From contig MU053873.1 in NCBI GenBank assembly GCA_013239625.1, forward strand, positions 1,378,524-1,442,523: a stretch of 64,000 nt of DNA, read 5' to 3'. A model generated the notes under the pieces. The model saw only the letters and a list, made by a program, of their open reading frames with translations. It was not told where the DNA came from and did no database searches. This document shows, one piece after another, positions 14,700-27,888 of the stretch (position 1 is its first letter; each line of letters starts with the position of its first letter). Position numbers and translations under genes: made by a program. Source of the DNA: Lama guanicoe (taxonomy: Eukaryota).

Positions 14700-16310
14700 G
14701 TTTTAACTATGCCCCCTGACTACTGTTAATACCTTTAATGCCCTGCATTCTACAGCAGGATAATGTCCAAATTTCTTTGCCTCACAGTGTTCCCTACCGT
14801 TTAGTTTCAACATACCTTGCCAAAGTATTTTTTGCTTCATATGGAATGGAATGGAATTTCACCCATTCATCATGCAGTCTCCACCCTCCACCTCCTGCCC
14901 ACCCCCATTTGTTCTTTTGTCCCATGAATATTAAGCACATCCGCTGTGCCAAGCACTGTGCTGGGCACTGGGGATTACAAAGCTGAACAAGACAAAGTTT
15001 CTACCTCTAACATTCTCATACTTAAGCCTTATCTCTTAGGCAGGTCAATATATTTTATACCTTGAATACATCTTACATGGGCTTGCCTCCTTGGCTCACA
15101 CTATTCTCCTTTTTCTCTTTCTTTCATTGCTTTATTCAACAAATATTTATTGATTGCTTACTGTGTCCAGCATTGTTCTCTGGGTGTTGATATTACAGCG
15201 AAGTCCCTGCTCCCTTGGAATTTATATTCCTGTGGGATAAATAAGATATTAATTAAATAAAATATATGTCATAAGGGCTATGAAGTAAATGTGGCAGGGT
15301 GAGGAAGATAGAAGGTAACACTGTGTGGGTCATGGTGCTATTACTTTAGAAGGGCTGATGACAGACAGCCTTTCTAATATGATATTTGAGCTGAAGGAAC
15401 TAAGGGAGGGATCCAAGAGGGTTTCTGGAAGAAAAGTGATTGAGGCAGAGGGTGCAAGACGTATATGCTTGACATCTTCAAGGGACAGTGAGGTGGCCAG
15501 TATAGCAGGGGCTAAGTAAGGCAGTGGGAGGTGGGCAAGAGATGAGTTCTGAGAGGTAGAATGGGTCCAGATCCTGACGGGCATTACTGGCCATGGTAAG
15601 CACCATGGCTTTTGGCTCTAGAAACAATGAGTTACATCTCTTCTGAATGTCTACTTCACATTCCTTCGTGACACCTTCCTTGGCTTGCCCTGTATACAAT
15701 GATTTTTCCTTCTAACTCCTGGAACACTATTGACCACATAACTCATTTGTTTAACTGTCCAAGGCAGTGTCTTGCAATGTCTTACAGGTCTTCAGTTCTG
15801 CACTTACTTCTTTGTAACTTCTTCTAGCATAGGGACTTAGTTTTATACCTTTCTGTCCTACATGATGCTTTGCACCTAGTTGGGACTTAATATACGTCTG
15901 TTTTGTGAGGTTCTGACCTCAGATGTCAGCAGTAGGAATCTGAAAGCAATGTCTAAGAAAGAAGTGAAAAGAGTTGGTGATAGATTAGGCATAAGGAATG
16001 ATGTTAATTAAGGTTTTGGTTTGTGATCCTGGAAGAATAACAGTGCTATGGACAGATACAAGAAAGTTGGGAAGAGAAACTGATTTGGGGGTAGATTGAT
16101 CAATTTGGTTTGGAATGTATTGAACTTTTCATGTTAGTAGGATATCCAAGTTAAGCTGTGCAGAATGATTTGGATATGTCAGAACATATATAGAGTATTG
16201 GTATTATGGTGACTGCTGCCTGTAATATGTAATTTCAAGAGCAAGGATAGCCTCTTATTCATATTTCTAGTGCCTGGAAGAGGGGTTGGCAAATTATAGG
16301 TGATTAAGTC
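14700..16310. mobile_element. Cluster of nested L2 fragments in both orientations
   Basis: L2 3' termini at ~14925 and ~15130 (TTTATTCAACAAATATTTATTGA, - strand), interleaved with + strand L2 pieces ending ~15900. Confidence 0.65.
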
Positions 16311-16359
16311 ATAAGCACTTAATAGTTTTATTGGGAAGAGAGGTAAGGTTGGTGTGATG

Positions 16360-16590
16360 TATGATGCATGTAGTGGAAAGGGCATAGGCTCTGGAGTCAG
16401 GTCACCATGGTTCTGAATTCCAGCCCCGCCACCTTCTATGTGTTGTGGTCTTAGTTGAGCAGGTGACCCCCTCTGAATCTCAGTGTCCTCATCTAAAAAA
16501 ATTGAACAATAAGACTTTGTTTCTGTGAGATAATGAATGTAGGCATAGGTCCTGGCACAGAGTAGTGGCTCAAGAACTAGTATGTATTCT
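16360..16590 (+). mobile_element. MIR SINE
   Basis: GTAGTGGAAAGGGCATAGGCTCTGGAGTCAG ... CTCTGAATCTCAGTGTCCTCATCT ... CCTGGCACAGAGTAG. Confidence 0.85.
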
Positions 16591-16933
16591 TTCAGCTACA
16601 ATTGTTAATATTATTATGTTTTAAAAGATAATGATTTCATCATTAAATTTCAGACTCTTGTGGTTAGAAAAAACCTCAAAAGTAATTTGTTTTAGTTAAC
16701 TGTTTTGGGTATTTCAATGATAGATATTTATATCTGATATAGTTAGTGTCCAATCTGCATATCATCACCCACATCAGCCAGTCTCGCCAATGCATTATAG
16801 AAGTCAGAGCTGTAAGTTAAACATCATCGGAACATTGGACTGATGGTACATCAGTTACTGTTATTATGTACATCAGGTAGTATTCTAGTAGCGTACACTG
16901 CTCATTACTTCCCAGCTATCAGAGTAGCCTCCT

Positions 16934-16965
16934 GGGGCTGGGGGTGGGGGTGGGGGTGGGCAGGG
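16934..16965 (+). other. (GGGGGT)n G-quadruplex-capable tract
   Basis: Six G runs of at least 3 with 1-2 nt loops. Confidence 0.7.
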
Positions 16966-17739
16966 CAAGAATTAATAGACATGTTGGATGACAAATAATA
17001 GAATTCACAGTATTTTGTGTTTGGAGATGTGTCTCCTTAAATAGGGTGGAATCATTTTACATAAACTGAATGAAACTCAACCTCTATAGCAATATTTTTA
17101 TAGTAATAAAATTAATGCTAAATTTAGAGAAGCAGAGTGTATTCTTGATTGAAATTTTTATCTTGTCAGATAACTTAAATCTTTTTCCTTCAAATCACAC
17201 TTTTAGATTTTATAGCCTTTTGGTCTAAGAAACCTCCTCTATTCCTTTTTTCTCTTGGTATAATGCACAAATCTACATCTTTTGAAATTGCTTCCTGATT
17301 CTATAGGTCTCTTTGACTGATTCCTTGGGAGCTATTGGATGGCTCTGAAACTGTATGCATTACTTTTTGCTTTGGAACAGATGTCGTGGCACTAAGACCC
17401 AGAAACCGTTTGCTCTGTGTGGCTGGAGCTGGGCAGGCTGCGCTCGCACTGAAGGGAAGGAAGTCATTAGTGCAGACTGAGCTGTGGAGTTGGGTTCTTG
17501 CAGGATTTCCTTCCAGCCTTTCCCCACTAAGGTTCTTGGGAATTAAAAAAAAAAAATCTAAACACACAAACCAAGTTTTCCTATTTACAGTGTTCAGGGA
17601 AGGTAGGCATTTTGGGAAGGGCAGATCCTTTCCCCAAGTTATCCAAGAAGGAAGAGAAAACAGCGTAAAGAAGCTCTGATTACAGATCTTTGGAATTTTC
17701 TTTGCTAAATTTTACAAACGAGAAATACACCCAGAATTT

Positions 17740-18970
17740 TGGGAATTGCTCCAGGCTGCGCGTGAGGGTTTGATTGCTTGTCTAATCTTTTTCTGAGAAG
17801 AGGAGAATTCGCCAAAAAGGGTTTGGATGGCAGGAGCCCGGCTGGGTTTCTGCAACAGCTCGCGTTCTCCTTCTCTTCTCTGAGGGAGGGTCTCTGCCGC
17901 CGGCTTGGAGACCCCCTGCCGCAGGCTCCTTTTGCAGGCACTGGCCCGGGGGGGAAAATGCTCCGCTCTGGCAGGAGTACGCCGGTTGCTGCTGGGACTT
18001 CCTAGCCCGCTGGGAAGTGTTTTCGTGGTTTGGGGATACTTTCCATTGAACTGAAGGCGAAAAGACTGGACTCTCCAGGGCTTTCCCCTTTGCAGTGAAT
18101 ATGGGAAAGAATTAGGGGGTGGGAGGGAGGCAGCATGACTTGCAGTCGCCGCTGCCCTGCATCTGCCCCCAGCCCCCAGCCCGCATCTTGATGTTCCACG
18201 TATCGGCTGTACAAATATGATGAAATGGCAGCCCCGGAAGAAGGTAAGTGTCCCCGCGTGGGGACGGGGCCCTGATGCTCGACCCAGGGAGTGGTGACAG
18301 GGGGCGGTTGCCCTCGGGTCCCTCCAACCCTTTCGTAGTTTGCTGGGCGGGCAGGTAGAAGCAGCTCTGTCTCTTTAGGGACCTAGGCTAGTCCCTTAAG
18401 AATGAGTTGCCAAGTCTGGTCTGCCTCTCCTGCCCCTTAAGTTTTTCCTTCTTGGTATGCTCGTACTGGGGTTGGGTGGGTGGGGGTGTGTGTGGGGGGG
18501 GTGACAGCTTAGAAACATCCCTTTGCTTTAGAAGCCCTCTGGAGCGACCTACACGATTCGCTTTGCAGGAGCCAGTCAAGAGCTGCCAGGGTCTAAGGAC
18601 TCGGTGGTGCCTCGTCTCCAGGGGGCCGTTTGGGGTTGTACCCCCGACACATTCCAGTGTCCCCGCAGGTGGGTGTTGTAGCACCTACTTCCCCAAGGGG
18701 TTAATAGGCTCTGGGCCTCTGGCAGCCGCTTCCCCAGGGCCCCGCTGGGGGGCGAGCATCCCCAGCACAATCGCCCCACAGTTGATTCCTAGGCAGCCGG
18801 GCCGCGCGGGGCCTCCTGCCGGAGAGCCTGGGGCCCGGCGGGGCCGAGCCTTCCGCCCGCGGGGCTCCCAGGCGGCCGCGTGGGCCCGCTCGAGTGCACG
18901 CGCCGGCCATTGTCACGGGTGTGTGTCTGTGCGTGTCAGCGTGCACGGGCATGTGTGCATCGATCGTGGG
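17740..18970 (+). promoter_or_regulatory. CpG island, probable internal/alternative promoter of a + strand host gene
   Basis: Sharp rise in GC and CpG relative to the AT-rich flanks, no recognisable repeat, GC boxes (e.g. GGGGCGG ~18301, GGGCGG ~18345) and a consensus splice donor inside the island. Confidence 0.85.
18225..18243 (+). CDS. Putative coding part of an alternative first exon (MAAPEE + phase-1 junction); gene not identified
   Basis: GAAATGG Kozak context at 18225 followed by AAG|GTAAGT (donor 18244-18249) inside the CpG island. An alternative reading, MMKWQPRKK from 18217 (phase 0), cannot be excluded. Confidence 0.55.
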
Positions 18971-21314
18971 GAAGAGGGGGAGGGGGCACTTTGCTTTTTG
19001 CGAGATTATTTCCTAATATGGCTCCTTTGTTGAGAACTCAAGAAAAAAAAAATCCAGCGGTTCTATCAAAATAAATTGCTATTGGTTCTAGAAATAACGT
19101 TTCTAAATGTGGGACTGGTCGCTACCCCAGGACGTTCAGGGAGAAAGACAGCTTTCTTCAAGTTGTTGGCGGCTGTAGCTTTGGCTAGGGGTCCCTTTTG
19201 CTAACTTGTCTGACTAGTGCTGTTAGGTGAACCCAGTGGTTCACTGCATAGCAGGACTTTTGCCTCTCCCCTTCCTTCAAATACCTCATTTGGCCGTGGT
19301 TTTTATTGACATTCTTCTGACGGAAAACATAGCGAACTGAATGTACTGTGCCCCTCCCCAACGGTGACCTGCCTCTGTTAGCAGCTGCCTGGTGTTTTAC
19401 TTGAACTAGCTAAACTGACTCTTTCTTTGTGGCGTGATGTGTGTGATACCATGTTTTACATCAGAGCTGAAATAGAAATCATGTGTGAAATGCACGAGAA
19501 GATATTGTGCATTTGTTTTATTGCTGGAAAATCTAACAAACCCTGCTTCAGCATAGCCTGGTGAATTGAAAGGTTTTCTTTGATATCTAATTTGCTATCT
19601 GAAATGAAGTCATTTCTGCCTCATTCTGAAGTCAAAATCTCTCAGATATTAGTTCTCATCATAGAGCTTCTTTCAGTGAGATTGGTTTCACTTATTTTAG
19701 TTAAGAGATGGGTGTTATCTCCCCCTACCACCCATAAAAATCAGTTAGGCTGAGGAAAACCCATAGAAGAAACCATATAATTAAGCAATTTAAGCAGATA
19801 CTGTGTATTCCTAAAGACCTCCCCCCAATTTCTTCTGTATTTGTAAACTGCATATTTATGAGTACTTTTAAGATGTGTGCAAACTATGCATTCATAAATG
19901 TCTGTTTTTTCTATTTTACCCAGTATGCAGTAACTCATGTGGTTATGTCTGTGGAAACCCCTCTGGGTACTGGTATTGCTTGAACCACGGAAGTATTATT
20001 CTTGGCAGTCAGGTGGATTTCTGGACTCTGGAAGATTCTGTTTCAAGTGTTAGGATTCACTCTCTGTATTTACTCACTCTGTGATGCTTAAATTGCTATA
20101 CCAGAAGGTTGTATTTATTCGCTGTATTCATAATCCCAAATCATCATGTTATAAATATCCAGATATAATTCTGCAGAGTTCATAGAAGATTAAAAAATAA
20201 GCTGAGCCATCAAATACTGTATGATTATTTGGTGGTGGCTTGAGAACAATTCTTACTTCTTCTACACTGGAAATGGAAGCTTCCTTGGAAGAATATTCAA
20301 CTCTGGTAGAGCACCAATAAGTCTTTGCAAATATTAGGTTTATTATTATTTTTTTTACTCTTGCAAGCATAGTCCTATGATCAGATCATTGCTGTGGTTT
20401 CTGGCAGGGTCTGCTTATACATTTGTAGTGGTACAGTCATATGCCATGTGTTTTGCCAAACTGTTTCATAAAAACCATTTACACTACAGATGAAAAGTGA
20501 TACTGCACTGATGTGATTTTAACAAAGCTAGGAAGATCATCCGTAGAATGCTGCGCCAAGCAGCGTTTGCTATAACTGGGCTTCATGACTAGGATTGTTG
20601 GTAACTTGCTATCATGGTGCCCTGTCAGCCAGTACAGTGCTTGCTTTTGTAAACTCTGGGCTCACTGTAAGAGAATGACCATAGGTTCTAGGTTTCTTTG
20701 TTTCTAATTGAGCGTGCAGCTAGGGTACATGATTGAAGGGGAGCTCATTACTCTTCTTTTCCCTGCTTGTTTGCTGGGTTTAACTAAATACTAAAATTCA
20801 AGATGTGGGCTCTGGAGTATTCAGTTAGGGTCTGCTACCTTTTCACAAAGAAACCACCAGAAGATGATTAATCATGTTCCACCCTCAGGACCAGTGAGGA
20901 GCTTAGTCATAACTTTGCTTTCTCACTTCTGGGTATTACCCTCAAGATGCTCTTCTCTCCCCTTCTTGAGGAAATGCAGTGATTTTATCTACCTCTGAAT
21001 TCCTGGAGCCTTTAGAATCTATGCCCTTTTATGCTGATTGTCTTTTACTGATAGTAACCATTTTTTATCTTAGCCTCTCAATTGCACTTCATGTTCCTTG
21101 AGTTCAGGAACCATATTTCATGTCTCTTGATTGATACGAAGGATGATACAGTTGTTCAATAAAAATTTATTTGATGTAAAAGTAAATAAGAACTATTTCC
21201 TTGTAAAACTTGGATTTCTAGGGTGGTATAAACTTCAAAATATTTCAGTTGAGTCATAGATATTAGACTATAGTGGATTATTAAAGAAAAGTAGAATATT
21301 TTGTCACTCCTTTA

Positions 21315-21617
21315 AAAATTAAAAAAAAATTTAATTCAATTTTTAAAGGTTACTTTCCATTTACAGGTATTACAAAGTATTGACTGTATTCCCTGTGTTG
21401 CACAGTATATTCTTGGGCCGATCTTACACCCAGTAGTTTGTTCCTTTCATTCTCCAATCCCTATACTGCCCCTACCTCCACCCTCCTTCACTGGTAACCA
21501 CTAGTTTGTTCTCCATATCTGCGAATCTGCTTCTTTTTTGTTACATTCACTAATTTGTGTTATTTTTAAGATTTCGTATGTAAATGATATCACACAATAT
21601 TTGTCTTTCTCTGACTT
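21315..21617 (-). mobile_element. Older L1 3'UTR fragment
   Basis: Motifs CTGGTAACCACTAGTTTGTTCTC and TATTTGTCTTTCTCTGACTTAT shared with the other L1 3' ends; possible degenerate TSD (TATTTTGTCACTCCT vs TATTTTGATCACTTCT). Confidence 0.8.
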
Positions 21618-22214
21618 ATTTTGATCACTTCTAATCTTTTATAGACAATGTCAGGGAGGGGGCAGCTATACTTTCCAGACAGTCCCCATGGCAGTCCTTG
21701 TTAAGATGCACTACCAAGCTCTATCGACCGGGCTTCTGATCCGCTACCATGATCCTTTTATTAACATAACCTTACTGGCCTGGCAAAATATACTTTCCCC
21801 TGCTTTCACATTAAGAGGCTATCATGCAGCACATTATTTTTATCTTGTATTTGTAGATATGATAGTAATTAAAATGCTCATCTCACAGGAACATGTTTGT
21901 TTACAATTCTGAAGTGATTTTTGCTCTTTAAAATCCAAGGATTAGTATCAAATAACACTGTAAATAAGACTGCAGTCAAAACCTTCAGGAAAGCTGCTTC
22001 TGATTGGATTTTTTCATTGCTTATCTAATGTTACTTTACTGTTCACACATAATAAAAGATCATTAATAGGAATATGTCACATAAGCTACATTAATTATGT
22101 CATCTGAGAATCATATGATGTATTTATCTTGTTATACTTGTCACATTAATATAATGTGAGTTTGGCTTCTTAAAATGACTTCTCTGTTAGAGCTTTATTT
22201 AAAAAGCTTATTTG

Positions 22215-22498
22215 TAGACAGAGAATACAGACTTGTGGTTGCCAGGGGGGCGGGGGGTGGGAAGGGATAGACTGGGATTTCAAAATTGTAGAATAGATAA
22301 ACAAGATTATACTGTATAGCACAGGGAAATATACACAAAATGTTATGGTAGCTCATAAAGAAAAAAATGTGACAATGAGTATGTATATGTCCATGTATGA
22401 CTGAAAAATTGTGCTGAACACTGGAATTTGACACAACATTGTAAAATGATTATAAATCAATAAAAACTGTTAAAAAAATAAAATTAAATTAAAAAAAT
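22215..22498 (+). mobile_element. 5'-truncated young L1 (3'UTR + A-rich tail)
   Basis: Highly similar to the 3'UTR of the full-length element. Exact 14-bp TSD AAAAAGCTTATTTG at 22201-22214 and 22499-22512; TT/AAAA target. Confidence 0.95.
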
Positions 22499-23474
22499 AA
22501 AAAGCTTATTTGGAAGCTCACTCGTAAGCATTGCATCCTGTAAATTTGTGTCTTGGAGTAGCTTATTAGTTTTACAAAAGAGTATATTCCAAGTCCCTGC
22601 ACTTTTTGTATGATAAAGCATTTTGTTTCTGGATTAAAAAGCTAAGTCTCAAAATTTAATATAGCTATACTAAATTACTTAGTTACCTGCTTGAGTACAG
22701 TGCTAATTGATATTATTATATTATTCGTTGTGGACCACAATTGGTTTATAATATAAAATAAGGCTTAAAAATGAGCATTGTGGACAAGAGTAGTTTTAAA
22801 GAGAGGCCTTAGAAATTTCATGATAGAGGGCTTTCTGCAAATGTATTCTACAACCATTCCCAGAGCAGTGCAACCTAGAGACCCAGGTTTTGGATCTGGC
22901 AGTTCTCATGACTTGTGTCCTTGGGCATGTCCTTTAATCTTTCATATCTGACTCCCCACTGCTGTAGTTTAGCCCCCTCAAGTTATCACTTGCTTTATCT
23001 GTAACTTATGGGATCCTAATGATTTTTTCTTTTTCTCGTCTCTTTTTTCCTCTAGTTTTCCCCTCTTATTTCTTCTAGAGTAAGTGTTTTAAAAAATACA
23101 TGTACTATTCACCTTCTTAAAACCCTGCCATGTTTTTTCATCTAGTAGAGGTCTCCAAAGTGGTGTGAGCATGCCTTGGGCTAGGGACTGTTTGCAAGAA
23201 AATAACTGGGTTATGGGGAGACATGAGAACTTCTGTTTTTTTGTTTTAAAAGAGTAAGAAATAAATTAAACTTTACTCTTTCAGTATGGCTTGCCACTTG
23301 TGCCCTCATTTGTTAAGAGACCACAGGTGGTTCTTAGTGGTGCCTGCTTATTGTTCATGCCAGTCATTTGTTCTCCTTCAGTGTGCTGTGGTGTACTGTA
23401 ATTTCCATCATAAAAGATATTTCCTTAAGTGATTAATTTTATTAGAAAGAAGAAAAAGAAGAATGTAGTGCAGG

Positions 23475-23700
23475 TTATATAGCCTAGGGATGAAGAGGAT
23501 GGGCTCTGAAGCTAGACTGCCTGGGTTTGAATTCCAGCACAGCCTCTTAGTAGCTGCATAGCTAAGTTACTTAACCTCTCTCTACTTCAGATGTCTCATG
23601 GATTTAATGTGAATGGCCATCTAGCTCTTAGTGTGACTTTGAAGATATAATATAAAATGCTTATAAGGAGTGTCTGGCACATAAAATGTACTTATTATAC
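23475..23700 (+). mobile_element. MIR SINE
   Basis: GGCTCTGAAGCTAGACTGCCTGGGTTTGAATTCCAGC ... AAGTTACTTAACCTCTCT. Confidence 0.85.
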
Positions 23701-24254
23701 TCTTTCTGTTAATATGATTGTACCTTATAATCAAGCTGGACACGGCTCACCAGGCTTCTGTGCATTTGTATGTATTTCTTTCTTTGCCTAGAATGCCTTC
23801 TCATACTCTTCCTAATTCGAGTTTTTTTTTTTTTTGTCACTGGACATACCTTAAGAACTAACTCAACCTTCTCCTCCTCATTGAATCCTTCTATGTAATT
23901 GCTGGGCAGAGTTGGCCACATCCTCCTTTGACCATACTTGTTTGAGCCACAGTAGCGCTGTGCTGTGACTGTGAGTATGTCTCTCTCTGTCAGTGTGAGG
24001 TTTTGAGGGCATAGGCACAGAGTCGGAACTGAACAAGTGAATGTTTGAAAAACCATAACGCATTTATGGAATATGATGGTCAGTGATCTTCAGCCAGTTC
24101 CCAAGATTCTCTGACTTGCCAGTTATTGGAAATGCCCGACTTGCAAGCTTATCTCTGCTTCTCACCCTTTTAGAACACCATACTGACTATGAATGAAGGT
24201 GATTCATTAAAGGAATAATCTTAACTACACACCTATTAAAAATAAAGTCACAGT

Positions 24255-24360
24255 TATGAGGTGATGGCTTGACAAAATTGTGTATATGCTAAATGCAACT
24301 GAATTGTGCATTTTAAAATGGTTAATTATGTTAAATGAACTTTACTTCAGTTGAAAAAAG
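24255..24360 (+). mobile_element. Ancient L1 3' terminal fragment
   Basis: GTGATGGCTTGACAAAATTGTG ... CTGAATTGTGCATTTTAAAATGGTTAATT ... ending in an A run. Confidence 0.6.
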
Positions 24361-25099
24361 GAGGGAAAAGAGTTATTTGTGATACAGCTCACAACTGATC
24401 ACAAAATATTGGTGCATCAGTACTTTAATATAGTAAATCTTAATTCCCTTCAACCATAAATATTTTTGGTCTTATAAGATGGGTAGGGAATTGTCATCTA
24501 TAGAAAACTACTTCCAGGAACATTTAAGAATCTGGGAATAGTTGATAGACTTGATAAGAAGTGAAGGAAGCCAGTGAGGAGGAAATCTGATGTGGCACCT
24601 TACTGTTGAGGAGCTAGCTGGTAAACATTGCCAGTGTGAGAGGCTACGGAGTTTAATTGGCCCAACTTCAAGAAAAGGCGCCAGCAGCCACCTTCACTTT
24701 GCTAGTCAGTCACAGTGATGACATGCTGTGGAAAACACAGTGGAGTAAAGAGAAAACCTGAAATTGCGCCGGCCCTGCCAGCTTTAGCTTCCACAGTGAA
24801 TTCATTATATCGTTAATAACAATGTATATCTCAGCTTTAAAACTTTGCTTTTATTAATATGCTAAAACCATGTAGTTTTATTGAAAGCTATAAAAATTAT
24901 ATCATTTAACTGACATTTTATGATATAGATGAAGCTTTTGTCCTGAATTTTTTTGCTAATCCCCGCTTTTAGATTTTTGTAGCTGGGAGGAATATTCTCA
25001 TATGATTGAGTCCTTTAACTGTATTCCTTTTTCAGCACACTTTGTTATTTATTCTGTTAGACTGTTCTGTCTTTGTTATTTTGATTATTCTCTTCTTTT

Positions 25100-25236
25100 T
25101 CTTCATTTTTTTGGGGGTGGTTGAGGTAATCAGATTTATTTATTTGTTTATTCCTTAGTGGAGGTACTGGGGATTGAACCCAGGACCTTGTGCCTGCTAA
25201 GCAGCCACTCTACCACTGAGCTATACCCTCCCCCCA
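25100..25236 (-). mobile_element. tRNA-derived SINE, camelid Vic-1-like
   Basis: Minus strand GGGGAGGGTATAGCTCAGTGGTAGAG (A box) ... GGTTCAATCCCCAG (B box), AAAT-rich body and A tail. 14-bp TSD with 1 mismatch (25086-25099 / 25239-25252). Confidence 0.88.
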
Positions 25237-26377
25237 AGTATTCTATTCTTTTAGCATATTAGGAAAAACATAAAATTGTATCCTTTGGCTTACACCTTCT
25301 ATTTGATAAACTTAGCATTTCTAGGAAAAGTACCTGAAATAAACTTGATATCAATTGTCAAAGCTGCATGTAAGCTTTTTGCTGGTAGATGTCTCTCAGT
25401 TCGGACTATTAAAGGACTGAAATTTCTATAGCTTAATTCTGGTTATGTAAGCCAGTGTGCATTCATGAATGCATCCATATTTCCAGCATTATTTACTTTG
25501 TGGGAGGTAATATTTTGGATTTACATCATGTTGGGGGACTGGGGCTTGTGGAAACACAGATTTTGAGGCAGTTCTGACTTAGAGACTAGTTGCTATTTGG
25601 AATAGGGTCAAAGTGGAGTTGGGAGCCAGGGGTCATTGTGGGAATTCATTATGTTTGGATATATATTCTACTAAACACACAGCACATGTAGACTTGAACC
25701 TAGAAAGGTAATAGTAGGAGTAGGGAAGGAAGAAATCTACAAGGAAATTATATATCCTATATTGGTCATAACAACATTTATTAGATTAGAAATAGGTTTA
25801 TTTTAATTTTACTTTTTTAGAAATAGTGTTTTTTAAAATGATGAATGAGTCGTTATTTAGACTTGTCCGATGTAGGTGTTCCTTGTTTCAAGGAAAATCA
25901 AAATACAGTATTTGAATCTGAAAACAGACTGAATGCCAACTTGTTTTACATAACTAAAAACTTTAATGTCCGTTATGTTTATCTGGTTCATTACATCATT
26001 GCTCTGACAATTGTTAAGCATACTTTACATTTTAAGTATTTATAAATGAACATAACAGGAATGCATACACTCATTTTCGGGATTATGTCAAGCTGTGGTT
26101 GTCTGTGAAAAGCTAAAATGCTTACACCCAGATCTATCAGGTATTTTTGGAGCTGTGTTTGTGGAGTGGAGATTCTTAGATGTTAATAAATAGATTGTTA
26201 CTATGTTTTTGAGGAGTAGAAAGACAATGTCATAGTGAGTGATGATGGACCCATGATCATCTTGGTAGAGTTTGGGTCTTTATTACTTAATAATTAGTTT
26301 TTTCCAACAGAGGGTGGGCTGGAGAAACAAATGATAAGATGTAAACCACTTTATTGTTAATAATTTTGGTAAATATA

Positions 26378-26457
26378 TTAAGTTGAAGCATGTGAAATTA
26401 CTGATTTTTACCATCTTTTACCTCCAAAGATAGAAATTTACTTCAATTCGATTGATA
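26378..26457. mobile_element. MADE2-like mariner MITE (~80 bp)
   Basis: TTAAGTTGAAGCATGTGAAATT ... ACCATCTTTTACCTCCAAAGAT ... resembles the remembered MADE2 consensus; right TIR decayed. Confidence 0.55.
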
Positions 26458-27878
26458 TTTGAGGGGTTGGGAATGGTGGTGATAAATATTGAAATGAAGG
26501 CTAAAATGTGCTTGAGGGATTAATTATGAATTTTAATATTCCATAGTCACCATGGTTCCCTGGAAAATCATTGCACTAATATTTATCTGTGGTGTTCTTG
26601 TGAATTTCCTGTTAACACAAACTTAATTCATTAACTACCAGCCCTTGTTTAAATTTCAACCACTTTTTTAATGTGAATTTTTCTAAAATATATCATGCAT
26701 TTTCTGTCTTCTTAAACAGAAGATACTAAGTGTGATTTAAGCTTGCCTGATTACTCAGCATTAATATCACAAACATTAATTATTTCACTTAGGTATAATG
26801 TGTCATACTATAGGAGCTTTTAAAGAATGTAGAATTATTTGTTTCCATACTGAGTGACCCCAAATTGTTTTTTTTTTTGTTTGTTTGTTTCATTTAAAAT
26901 ACTTTCATGGCATCTTTGTACAGTTTTTACTTTTCTTTCCATGGTGCCCAAAGTAATGCTGCTGTTATGTGCCGACCTCTTGCAGTTCTGTGTATTTGTT
27001 TCCTGTCTGTGGTGGGTAAGAAACACAGCTAAGTGAGCCTTAACTTGTGACTGAGATGGAAGTAAGCAGACTCTGAATAAGGGCCTCTCATGAGTATATG
27101 AACTGTGACTTTCTGTTTTGACTATTTTGAGGTCCTATCCCAATACTTACTTTCTGGTTTTTAGGCTGGGTTTTAGATAGTTGAGGTGGTTAATAAGTGG
27201 TCTTTTGTTAAATGAGGTATTAATTATGCTGTCGATTGCTGAGAGTTAGATGTATTTGAGGATGCATAGTCATAGAGACTGAAAACATTTTGAATGATTT
27301 GATAAATACCACTCTGTTTTTTTCCTTTTCTGATTTTGCTTTGCTGTACCTCGCTTGGCATTTTTTCCAAAAACTTGTTCAAATAAATACCCGTAATAAA
27401 CTGTGGTAGAGGGAACTAGTTACAGTAGTTTATGTGAAGAGTAGATTTGCATATCTTAAGGAGCTTATGTGATTGCCTGTGAGAAGAAATGACCAAGGAA
27501 TGTGGGGTTTATTTAAATATTAGTTATATATTAATTAACTAAAACATTTTATTTTTAATGATATAAATATTCTGATTTTAAATAACCCGTTTTGTTTTAG
27601 CCTGGGCTTTTGCTAGACAGTATTTATGATACTAAGACTAAAACATTTTTAGAAAGGAACCTTAAGGAACATTTAATTTTACAGATTAGCAAGTGGAGTA
27701 CCAGTAGGGTAAACTGGCTGTCTCAGAATCAGGTGGCTCTTCAGAGACTGGCCCTAGACCTGGGTACTCTAAAGAGAGGTTCATATGCACTGGGCTGTAC
27801 TGCTTCTACTTCTTCTCTAGGAATTCAGAATCTAGAGTTGGGCTTACTTTGTTAAAAAAAAAAAAAAAGACATTTATA

Positions 27879-27888
27879 TAGATGACAT
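27879..27888. repeat. Outer target-site duplication of the full-length L1 (partner 35057-35066)
   Basis: Exact TAGATGACAT at both ends; extendable to 15 bp with one mismatch (TAGATGACATATTTT vs TAGATGACATTTTTT). Confidence 0.92.

Noticed and set aside
18407..19033. 208-aa ORF and other overlapping ORFs in the CpG island
   Set aside because: Non-AUG start, lies downstream of the splice donor (intronic), low-complexity G/P/A/R composition typical of GC-rich noise.
22195..22434. Near-identical 'MSNSSVQHNF...' peptides here and at 27972-28202, suggesting a duplicated small gene
   Set aside because: Both are antisense translations of the same L1 3'UTR.
25160..25236. tRNA-like sequence (also ~39310-39382)
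   Set aside because: A and B boxes are followed by a SINE body, A tail and (at 25.1 kb) a TSD; these are SINE heads, not tRNA genes.
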